A DNA stretch of 64,000 bases from Nitrososphaerota archaeon (GTDB taxonomy: Archaea; Thermoproteota; Nitrososphaeria; Nitrososphaerales; Nitrosopumilaceae). The notes below the pieces were generated by a model. It saw only the letters and a program-made list of their open reading frames with translations, did not search any database and was not told the DNA's origin. Of this stretch, positions 30,459 through 39,600 are shown one piece after another. Within the stretch, counting starts at the first letter, position 1, and every line of letters starts with the position of its first letter. The stretch lies in contig JAGWFT010000001.1 of NCBI GenBank assembly GCA_028867755.1, positions 67,457 through 131,456 on the forward strand, read 5' to 3'. The position numbers and the translations under genes are program-made.

Positions 30459-30945
30459 ACTTCGAAAAGCAGTCTTTTTCGACCGTGATGGTGTAATCAA
30501 TAAAAATAGACCAGATTATGTTAAGACAGTAGAAGAGCTTGAAATTTTTCCATATGTTGCAAAGTCAATTAAACAATTAAAGAAACAGGGATATCTAGTT
30601 GTGGTAATAACTAATCAATCTGCAATAAACAGAGGCCTTACAGATGATGATAAGGTTAGTGAGATACATCAGACTATTCAGAAACATCTCTTAAAGCACA
30701 GTTCAGGTATAGATGCGTTCTATTACTGTCCACATAGACCAGATGAGAATTGCGTGTGCAGAAAACCAAAACCTGGATTGCTACTAAAGGCAAGTCAGGA
30801 ATTAGAAATTGATCTGAAATCAAGTTGGATGATTGGAGATAACGAATCTGATATACAGGCAGCAGAATCTGTTGGCTGTAAGGCATTGAAGATTAGAGAA
30901 AATTTTCAATTAAAACATGCAGTGCAAAGTATATTAAATTCTTGA
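30451..30945 (+). CDS. gmhB: D,D-heptose-1,7-bisphosphate phosphatase (HAD)
   Basis: FDRDGVIN, VITNQS, CPH...C.CRKP, MIGD. ATG 30451 overlaps the gmhA stop (track start 30409). Confidence 0.9.
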   Translation: MNKLRKAVFFDRDGVINKNRPDYVKTVEELEIFPYVAKSIKQLKKQGYLVVVITNQSAINRGLTDDDKVSEIHQTIQKHLLKHSSGIDAFYYCPHRPDENCVCRKPKPGLLLKASQELEIDLKSSWMIGDNESDIQAAESVGCKALKIRENFQLKHAVQSILNS

Positions 30946-30971
30946 TATTTCTGATTGTTCTAGGTGATAGA

Positions 30972-31988
30972 TTGAAGATACTTGTAAGTGGAGGAGCAGG
31001 ATACGTTGGATCCGTTGTAATTCCAGAATTGGTAAAAGATGGGCATTACGTAAAATGTCTTGACAGATTCTTCTTTGGCAATGAGTATTTGTCCAGTGAA
31101 CAGTTTCAGGGCAAAGTTGAGCTTATTAGAGATGATATAAGATGGTTTGATCCGAAGATTCTAGAAAGTGTTGATATTGTATTGGATCTAGCAGCGTTAT
31201 CAAACGATCCTGTTGGTGAACTGGATCCAAATAAAACATTTGATATCAATCATCTTGGGAGAGCACGGGTTGCTCGCTTGAGCAAGAATGCAGGTGTTAA
31301 AAGATACATACTTGCATCAAGTGCTAGTGTTTATGGTCAACAATCTGGTGCGGTTGACGAAAAATCTCCAGTAAATCCACTTACAGCATATTCTAAAGCA
31401 AACAGAATGGCTGAAGTTGACAACATTCCATTGAATGATGACAACTTTGTCGTCACGGTAATGAGATTCTCAAGTATATATGGACTTTCACCTAGGATGA
31501 GATTTGATCTTGCTGTTAACAGCATGGCTCTTGAACTATACAAAACTGGAAAAATAGTTGTAAGGGGCAAGAGCAATACAAGACCATTCCTGCACATTAA
31601 AGATGCTGCCAGAGCATATCTTCTTTTCATAAATGCTCCAAAGGAAAAGATTGGAGGTGAGATATTCAACATAGGCTCTGATGAGCAGAATTACCAGATG
31701 GATAGGTTATCTAGAGAAGTAGCAGAATCAATAGGAAAAAAATATGAGATCGAAGTTAAGGATACCAAAGATCATCGTTCGTATATTGCCTCTTTTAAGA
31801 AAGTAAAAGAACGTATAGGATTTACGACAAAGCATACAGTAAAGGATGGATCAATAGAGATTTTCAAAGCACTTGAAAGTGGAAATCTGGTTGATTCTAC
31901 AAAAACAATCACCGTTGAGTGGTACAAACACCTTCAATCAATTTACAAAACTGCAAACGAAGTTAGTCTAAGAGATACCATACTTTGA
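30972..31988 (+). CDS. NAD-dependent epimerase/dehydratase with YxxxN in place of YxxxK
   Basis: TTG 30972 follows a GGTGA RBS (track start 30942). GGAGYVG, LAALSNDP, AYSKAN, RMRFDL. Confidence 0.85.
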   Translation: MKILVSGGAGYVGSVVIPELVKDGHYVKCLDRFFFGNEYLSSEQFQGKVELIRDDIRWFDPKILESVDIVLDLAALSNDPVGELDPNKTFDINHLGRARVARLSKNAGVKRYILASSASVYGQQSGAVDEKSPVNPLTAYSKANRMAEVDNIPLNDDNFVVTVMRFSSIYGLSPRMRFDLAVNSMALELYKTGKIVVRGKSNTRPFLHIKDAARAYLLFINAPKEKIGGEIFNIGSDEQNYQMDRLSREVAESIGKKYEIEVKDTKDHRSYIASFKKVKERIGFTTKHTVKDGSIEIFKALESGNLVDSTKTITVEWYKHLQSIYKTANEVSLRDTIL

Positions 31989-32010
31989 TCAAATAAGTAA
32001 AGCAAAATAA

Positions 32011-32098
32011 TTACCAAAAACTTGGTTTCCTACTGACCAAATCTTCTGCCAGATGATCCAATAAATTCTCCTGAGCCTGTTATCAGTATTTTATTCAA
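32011..32098 (-). pseudogene. N-terminal relic of an NAD-dependent epimerase
   Basis: TTG-NKILITGSGEFIGS-(frameshift)-LAEDLVSR, a degenerate KILITGxxGFIGSHL Rossmann start. Absent from the ORF track. Confidence 0.7.
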
Positions 32099-32196
32099 AT
32101 TATACTCAAGTTATTCATACAACATTAAAACTTTGTAATAGAACATCATTGTAGGTTTTTAAGGATCTATCTAAAAAACAAAGAAGGTGAAACTCG

Positions 32197-33237
32197 ATTA
32201 AAACTGCACTAATTACAGGTGTGACTGGACAGGATGGTGCCTATCTTGCAAAATTTCTATTAGAAAAAAACTACAGAGTTTTTGGGACATACAGACGCCT
32301 ATCAACACCAAATTTTTGGAGATTGCATTATCTTGACATTTATGATAAGATTACATTCATTCCAGCAGATATTATTGATTCAAGATCAATATCAGAGACT
32401 CTAAAAAAATCTCATCCTGATGAGGTATATCATTTGGCTGCACAAAGTTTTGTTGGAGCCTCCTTTGATCAGCCCTTGTATACAGGTGATATCACTGGTT
32501 TTGGAACAGTCAGATTACTGGAAGAGATCAAGAAATATAACAAAAATATTAGAATCTACCAAGCTTCATCAAGTGAAATGTATGGAGATGTGAAATCCCC
32601 AATTAAGAATGAAAACACTCCATTTCATCCCTCTAGTCCCTATGCCATTGCCAAGCTTTACAGCTACTGGATGATCAATTTGTACAGGGTAGCATATGGA
32701 ATGTATGCTGTCAACGGCATTTTGTTTAACCATGAATCACCAACACGAGGTTTAGAATTTGTTACAAGAAAAGTATCAAACGGTGTAGCAAAAATCTCTC
32801 TTGGATTAGCAAACAATCTAAAATTAGGAAACTTGGAAGCAAAAAGAGATTGGGGATACGCACCAGAATATGTAGAAGGAATGTGGATGATGCTTCAACA
32901 AAATAAACCAGATGATTATGTCTTAGCTACCAATGAATCACACACCATCAAAGAGTTGGTTTACGAGGCGTGCAGAGCTGCTGGAATTTCTACTTCTAAA
33001 ATAATATCAACAAAGGAAAACTTTCGTCCATTTGATGTATTGGATCTCAAGGGAGATTACTCCAAAGCTAAGAGAAGATTTGGATGGAAACCCAAAACAA
33101 CATTCAAAAAGTTGATAAAAATCATGGTAGAAGAAGACATTACAAGGTGGCAGAGGTGGCTAAAAGGAGAACATTTTCCATGGGATGCTGCTACCTCAGG
33201 AGAAGATTCACATGTACTTAAGAGAAAACCAACCTAA
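32197..33237 (+). CDS. gmd: GDP-mannose 4,6-dehydratase; apparent ATT start codon
   Basis: ATT-KTALITGVTGQDGAYLA, HLAAQSFV, QASSSEMYG, SPYAIAK, LFNHESP.RG..FVTRK. GGTGA RBS at 32186-32190; in-frame TGA at 32188. Confidence 0.93.
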   Translation: MKTALITGVTGQDGAYLAKFLLEKNYRVFGTYRRLSTPNFWRLHYLDIYDKITFIPADIIDSRSISETLKKSHPDEVYHLAAQSFVGASFDQPLYTGDITGFGTVRLLEEIKKYNKNIRIYQASSSEMYGDVKSPIKNENTPFHPSSPYAIAKLYSYWMINLYRVAYGMYAVNGILFNHESPTRGLEFVTRKVSNGVAKISLGLANNLKLGNLEAKRDWGYAPEYVEGMWMMLQQNKPDDYVLATNESHTIKELVYEACRAAGISTSKIISTKENFRPFDVLDLKGDYSKAKRRFGWKPKTTFKKLIKIMVEEDITRWQRWLKGEHFPWDAATSGEDSHVLKRKPT

Positions 33238-33238
33238 A

Positions 33239-34264
33239 TTATGCCTGCAAATGCGATAGTTTTTCTTTGATAAAATCTATTGACTTTATGGGTGTAGGAT
33301 CCACATTTGACATAATTGCACGATATATCGTAGAATAATCCAATACATAGATTAGAGAAACTAATTTAGTTATAATGCCACCTTTGTCGGCAAAGACTTC
33401 CCTATATCCTATACCATTAACGTCAAAATATTCTTTTATTACTTTCCATCTTTCTTTAGTTGTGATATAATCATCAGAGCCTTCTATTAGGATAGGTTGT
33501 ACTGTTGATTTTCCTTCCCATGCAACTATGCCATTGTGACAAACTTCTATGACGTTTTCAACCATTGAATGTAGTTTTGCATTTTCTTGTAACGAGTTCT
33601 TAAATCTAGTTGCTGCAGGTTTTAGCCCCCATGGATAATATATCACTGGAATTCCTGTGATCCATTCTGCCAAATTAAGCGATGTATTGTCATCAGTTAG
33701 GTTAGATGACCAAATTTTTCTTCTTACAACTTCAAGGTTGTTTATTGCTTCAGCCACATCCTTTTTGTCTATAGATAGTATTGGATCCAAGATCTTTAGC
33801 ATTGAGAACAAAAATGAAGGAAATGATGCTCGTGGAGAGTGAGTTTGCGGTATAATTCTGTGATCAATTTTGTTTCTTTTGCAAAATTCTTTAATTTTAC
33901 CACCAGATGAGAATGCTACTATATGACAATCCAATTTGCTTGCAATATCCAAAATAGAGAGTGTTTCTCGCGTATTTCCAGATACGCTAGTAGTTATGAC
34001 CAGAGTTTTATCATCTACCGTATTTGGCAAAGTGTATCCCTTTATGTTACAAACATGAATGTTTGTCCTTGAAAGAATAGAGGTCAGGACATCTCCAATT
34101 GCTCCTGAGCCTCCCATGCCTGCAAATACTATATGGTCTATATCTCTAAAATTAACTGGCTCATGATCTGATTCATAAGACTGCTTTGCTATATCAGGCC
34201 ATTGATCGTAAACTGTACAAATACCACTAGCATCAACTTTTTTTATCGTATCTATGTCAAGCAA
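33239..34264 (-). CDS. Bifunctional phosphoglucose/phosphomannose isomerase (double SIS)
   Basis: GMGGSG, SVSGNTRET, SSGG, PRAS, RFKNSLQENAK, EVCHN. Confidence 0.88.
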   Translation of the reverse strand: MLDIDTIKKVDASGICTVYDQWPDIAKQSYESDHEPVNFRDIDHIVFAGMGGSGAIGDVLTSILSRTNIHVCNIKGYTLPNTVDDKTLVITTSVSGNTRETLSILDIASKLDCHIVAFSSGGKIKEFCKRNKIDHRIIPQTHSPRASFPSFLFSMLKILDPILSIDKKDVAEAINNLEVVRRKIWSSNLTDDNTSLNLAEWITGIPVIYYPWGLKPAATRFKNSLQENAKLHSMVENVIEVCHNGIVAWEGKSTVQPILIEGSDDYITTKERWKVIKEYFDVNGIGYREVFADKGGIITKLVSLIYVLDYSTIYRAIMSNVDPTPIKSIDFIKEKLSHLQA

Positions 34265-34335
34265 CCTATGAGATTGAAAATTCGATTTCTATTTAATGCT
34301 TCTACCTATCTCAATATCAAAGATATGTTTTAATC

Positions 34336-35508
34336 ATGAAGATCCTACTGTTATCCCAGTTTTTTTCCACCACACGCGGAGGAGGCGAGTATGTATTCAG
34401 CCTAATTGCAAAGAATTTAGCTGATAACGGTCATAATGTGTGGGTAATTACTAATAAAATAAATGATGAAGAATACAAAATCCATGATGATAATGTCAAG
34501 TTGGTTTTTGTAAAACCGGACTTACAATATAAGGGAGGTTTACCACCATCATTTCTAGACAATATAAGATATCTTGTCAACGCCGTATCCCAAGGCTTGA
34601 AGATTATAAAAAATGAAAAAATAGATATCATACACTCTAATAATTTTGCACCAGCCCTTGCAGGTGCAATATTATCAAGTCTTACTTCAAAGCCACACAT
34701 AACTACAATTCATGATGTATTTTCATTATGCGGTAAAAATTATTGGAAGAGATGGGGAAAACAAAGCGACTTATCAAAGCTAAATGTATGGTTGGCCCCA
34801 TTTTTTGAGAAATTAATGATAAAGCTAAAGTTCAATTGTATCCATACCGTAAGTGAGACTACCAGAGATGATTTGGTAAAGTTTGGAGCAAGAAAACCAA
34901 TCCATGTGATTCACAATTCAATTGAAACAAATGTAATAAACAATACAATGCCGAATCCACTGCAGTTTGTATATGTTGGTAGACTAGTTTTTTATAAAAA
35001 TATTGAAGTTGCAATAAGAGCAATAGAGATTGTCAAGAAGACTGAACCTGAAATAAAACTCACAATAATAGGCAGTGGTCCTCATGAAAATTCTCTAAAA
35101 AATCTCGTCAAAAAGATTGGTTTGGAACAAAACATAGAGTTCAAGGGATATGTCAGTGCTCAAGAAAAATCAAGATTGATTACAGAATCAAATGCACTTG
35201 TTTTCCCAAGCCTGTGCGAAGGCTTTGGGCTAGTTATTTTAGAAGCCTTTGATCAATCTAGGCCTGTTCTTGTTTCCAATATCAGACCCATGTCAGATAT
35301 TGTAAGTCATGAAGAGAATGGATTTATTTTAGATCCATATAACGAAAACCAATGGGCAGATTGTTTACTTAGAATAATTAGAAATCCGCAAGAGGCAACA
35401 AAGATAGGACAAAATGGTAATCAGTTGTTGAAGACAAAATACAATCAGGAATCCATGTATGAGAAAATTGTTAACATGTATTCTGAAACATTAAAAATGA
35501 ATAAGTAA
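34336..35508 (+). CDS. GT4 glycosyltransferase
   Basis: GGGE, YVGRLVFYKN, SLCEGFGLVILEA. Confidence 0.92.
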   Translation: MKILLLSQFFSTTRGGGEYVFSLIAKNLADNGHNVWVITNKINDEEYKIHDDNVKLVFVKPDLQYKGGLPPSFLDNIRYLVNAVSQGLKIIKNEKIDIIHSNNFAPALAGAILSSLTSKPHITTIHDVFSLCGKNYWKRWGKQSDLSKLNVWLAPFFEKLMIKLKFNCIHTVSETTRDDLVKFGARKPIHVIHNSIETNVINNTMPNPLQFVYVGRLVFYKNIEVAIRAIEIVKKTEPEIKLTIIGSGPHENSLKNLVKKIGLEQNIEFKGYVSAQEKSRLITESNALVFPSLCEGFGLVILEAFDQSRPVLVSNIRPMSDIVSHEENGFILDPYNENQWADCLLRIIRNPQEATKIGQNGNQLLKTKYNQESMYEKIVNMYSETLKMNK

Positions 35509-35559
35509 CTACAAAACTCCTTTTTCTAATTTTTTATTTTAGTTAGGAGAGAGAATACT

Positions 35560-36117
35560 TTAACAAGAACCTATACAAATGTCGTTGGGAGAAACAATAT
35601 TACCAGTAAGTCGTATATTTCCAGTAACATCCAGAGTCTGTTGAGGACTAGTTGTACCTATGCCGACGCTGCCACCAAATATCGCGTTACCTGTTATGTC
35701 AGAAATTTCTAGTGGGGCATCTACGCGTGATACGCCTGACATGCTTGTAAGACCCTGTTTTATAATCGCAAACTTCCCAGTGTTTTCTTTTCCTACAAAC
35801 CAAGTGTTAGTGTAATCGCTTCCTGTGTGACCAGGCTGTCTGAAAAATATGGCATTATAGCCAGTTGCAGATGGATCGACTACAACTCCTTCACCCCAAC
35901 TATTAGATGTAGGATTAACTTCAAATGTAGAATATGGACTAGTTGTACCTATTCCTACAGTACCTGAACTAGTAACAATCAATCCGGTTGAGCTCTGGCC
36001 TGGAATTTGGTATGGATAACTTGTTATCGTTACAGTATCTGCTAATACTGTCGTTATTGTGATACTACCTAAGATAATTATCAATATCATATATAACGAG
36101 CTTAATTTTTTCATCAT
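35560..36117 (-). CDS. Secreted protein with phage-tail-fibre-like GxVGIGTTSP repeats
   Basis: N-terminal signal/TM segment; GTVGIGTTSP and GSVGIGTTSPQQTLDVTGNI; ends in DICIGSC. Confidence 0.7.
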   Translation of the reverse strand: MMKKLSSLYMILIIILGSITITTVLADTVTITSYPYQIPGQSSTGLIVTSSGTVGIGTTSPYSTFEVNPTSNSWGEGVVVDPSATGYNAIFFRQPGHTGSDYTNTWFVGKENTGKFAIIKQGLTSMSGVSRVDAPLEISDITGNAIFGGSVGIGTTSPQQTLDVTGNIRLTGNIVSPNDICIGSC

Positions 36118-36177
36118 TTACAAACTCTATCTGAAAAGTTTAAACTTTTAGTCAATATTATATCTTTTTTGATTTCT

Positions 36178-36453
36178 TTATCTAGTCATATTCTTTTCAG
36201 CTTTCAGACAAGAAACGTCGAAAATTGTCTTTGTCAGATTACCTATGGTTACAGTAGTAGTTTGACAGTTTTCCGTTTGCTTGTATACTGCAACAGCGGC
36301 ATCGGTCAATCCATTTTTGTATCCGCCCTGATAAGCATTTGCCAATTCCTGCTGTCTTGATTCTGTTATCTTTTCATAGATGATATATTGTGCCGATACA
36401 AACAAAGCTACTGAAAGTGCAACTATAGTTATTTTTTGCTTATTCATATCCAT
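36178..36453 (-). CDS. Small membrane-anchored hypothetical protein
   Basis: N-terminal TM, plausible composition, co-oriented with the fibre-like gene; two Cys. Confidence 0.65.
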   Translation of the reverse strand: MDMNKQKITIVALSVALFVSAQYIIYEKITESRQQELANAYQGGYKNGLTDAAVAVYKQTENCQTTTVTIGNLTKTIFDVSCLKAEKNMTR

Positions 36454-36694
36454 CTTGTATCAATCAAGAAATAGTTAATTGTTCCTCCAGCTTTAATCAA
36501 TATATTGCATCCTAATGACTAGTCTTGCTAAAGACAGGAAACCTAATCAAGCACAACAGGTCCTTCATGTCATCTCATTGTTTTGGTCCATTGTTCTTAA
36601 GCAGGTTGGATCTAAATCTTAGTCTGGTCTTTCTCTGTTGTACTGCGTAATCATGCTTTCATTATTTAAGAATTGTTTGAGATTTTTGGAAGAT

Positions 36695-39600
36695 CTAGTG
36701 TAGACCTATAGCTCCTGATGTATTGGCACCCTTCAGGTTGGCTCCTGTAAGGTTAGCACCAGTGAGATTGGCATTTTGTAGGTTATCACCCTTCAAATTG
36801 GCTCCTTGGAGGTTGGCTCCAGATAAAATTGCATTTTGTAGGTTAGAGCCAGACAAGTCGTCACCTTGCAAGTTGGTGTTTTGCAGGTTGGCTCCTTGCA
36901 GGTTAACACCTGATAGTGTAACTCCTTGTAGATTCATCCCACTCAAGTTATAACCTTGAAGATTAGCTCCAGACAGGTTCATGGCATCTGTTGCAGATTC
37001 CCAAGCTTGCCTGTAATCATATATAGCCCTGTGGGAGTTGCCGCCTGCCAAGTCTGACTGGGCCTTTTGCATCCAGCTGTTTGCATTGCTTACATCCTTC
37101 TGTACTTGTGCGATCAATGCTGGCGGTGCATTATGAGATTGGAGTGAGGCCAAGAACGATGTGGCAGTGTTAACCTGATTCTGTGCGAGAGTGTTATCGA
37201 TTGATACTAGTTGGTTTATTATAGTTTGAATCGAGCTTGCAGTACCTAATGGTAATGTTGTGGTTATAACAGAGTCGAGATCATGGTCTTTGGTAGTATC
37301 ATCACCACGTGGATCAACCAAGTCGGTATCTTGCGATGTAGACTGTAGAAGAAGTTTCTTAAGGATATTGACTGCATCTGCTTCCTGATTGAATACTTTA
37401 TTTCCATTCTTTAGGTCAAGTGTTGTTCCATCAGTATTCCATAGGCTGTTTGTAGCACTATTTTGTATGTGATCTGCTGCCCTTGCAAGCTTCTGTATCA
37501 TTCCTTTATCAAATATTCCAGATTCAAGACCCTTGATAGTGGATGCTAATCCTGACTTTTGCGATTCTAATGAACCTACTGTAAGAATCACACTGCCTGA
37601 GCTCTGTTTGTTGTTAGTATCACCTGAATAGATGCCCATTATCGATACCTGTCCTGACGATGATGAAGTAAATGTAACAGAACATGTACCAGCATTACTA
37701 AGAGTACACTGGTTTGGTTGGAATGAGCCAGATGCAGCGCTAAATGATACTGTTCCAGAAGGCGAGAATCCGTTAGTTATTTGGGCTGCTACGGTCGTAG
37801 AACCTCCTAATGGAATTGAGGATGAACCAAGTGAGATAGTCGTGGTTGGGATGGCTTGTGAAACTGACAAGACTGCATTATTTGTGTTCTGTTTATTGTT
37901 AGGATCACCTGAATATGCTGCAGTAATCTTGTGATAACCGTTGCTTACTGATGAAGGTGCATAGGTTACCGCACACTGGTTGTTGTGTACGGTACATGAT
38001 GTGGAGTTGAACGAACCAGTACTATTACTTGTAAATGATACTGTTCCCGTGGGTGAGATGCCGTTTATCTTGACTAATACGACCGAAGAGCTACCCACTA
38101 TAACGGATGATGGCGTGAGTGTGACAGATTCTGTTGGGGCAGTTGGTGTGACTGTCAGGCCTACGCTATTTGAGCTTCCCTGGTTGTTTGCATCACCTGA
38201 ATATGTCGCAGTAATGGTGTGCGTGCTTGTGCCTACAGACGATGGTGTATAGGTTACCGCACACTGGTTGTTGTTTACGGTACATGATGTGGAGTTGAAC
38301 GAGCCTGCACCGTCAGATGCAAATGATACTGTACCTCCTGGCAGGAATCCATTGTTTATCTGCACGGTTACTGTTGTGGTAGCTCCCACCGCAACGTTAG
38401 ATGGCCCAAGTGATGGGGCAATACTTGGAGTAGCTTTTGAAACTTTTAAGAGGGTGCTGCTTGAGCTGGGCAGGTTGTTCAAGTCGCCAGAATAACTGCC
38501 AGAGATCTGCACTTGGCCCGGTGCTGATGAAGTAAATGTAACAGAACATGTACCAGCATTACTAAGAGTACACTGGTTTGGTTGGAATGAGCCAGATGCA
38601 GCGCTAAATGATACTGTTCCAGAAGGCGAGGACCCTACCACTTGAGCAGTTACAGTTGTAGAGCCTCCAACAATGACTGATGATGGTACAACTGAGACTA
38701 TGGTATTTGTAGATACTGTTGTTTTAGATGGAGCCACAATGCTAATTGATACAGTAGCTGGGCTGCTGTTTACAAGCCCATCACTAGTCTGGAATGTAAA
38801 GCTGTCCTGCCCTGTAAATCCAGTAGCTGGTGTGTATACTAGATTAGGTGCGGTGCCAGACAGATCACCAGATGATGTGCCTTGCACAATTGAGAACTGG
38901 AGTGGAGCACTACCACCAGATCCCGTTAGTACTAACGCAACCTTGCCATTTTCTGTTAGTGTAACACTCTGGCTGTTGGCTATAGGGAAGTTCTCTAACT
39001 TGAGTAGTATAGTTGCTGTGTTGCTTTGTACGTTGTTTGTGTTGGTTGCATGGAACGTAAAGCTGTCTGTGTTTGTAAAGCTCGAGAATGCGTTGAACAT
39101 AAGGTTCGGTGCAGTTCCTGTTAGGGTACCATGTGATGGATTGGTGGAAGAGTATGCTAATGGTAAGTTGTTTGGATCTGTGGCCTGCAGTGTTACTGGT
39201 GTCGTAGTGATGCCGTTTACGTAAACGGTTTGTGATGATGCCATTGGTGGAAGATTAGCTTGAAGTGAGGAGATGATTCCATTTATTGTTGTAGTCATCT
39301 CGTTCTGGGCAATCTTGTCAGTAATCAACGGTGTTGGGCCGTTCACAAGCTCTAGTATTGCTTGAAGCTCAGATATGGCAGCATTAACATTCTTGCTTTG
39401 AATGTCTGAGATCACTATACTGATGTCATTGTTGAATATAACTCTGGAAGTTGAGGGGCTTGCAAAGTTGCTGTCTGGCAGGCTGTTAAGACCACTGTTA
39501 AGCTTTGTAATTACCAATGCCTCGATTTGTGTGAGAGCTGTAGAAGTAAGGTCTTTGTTGAGTGATACTGGTGTATAGAATCCATTACTGAAAAGTGACG

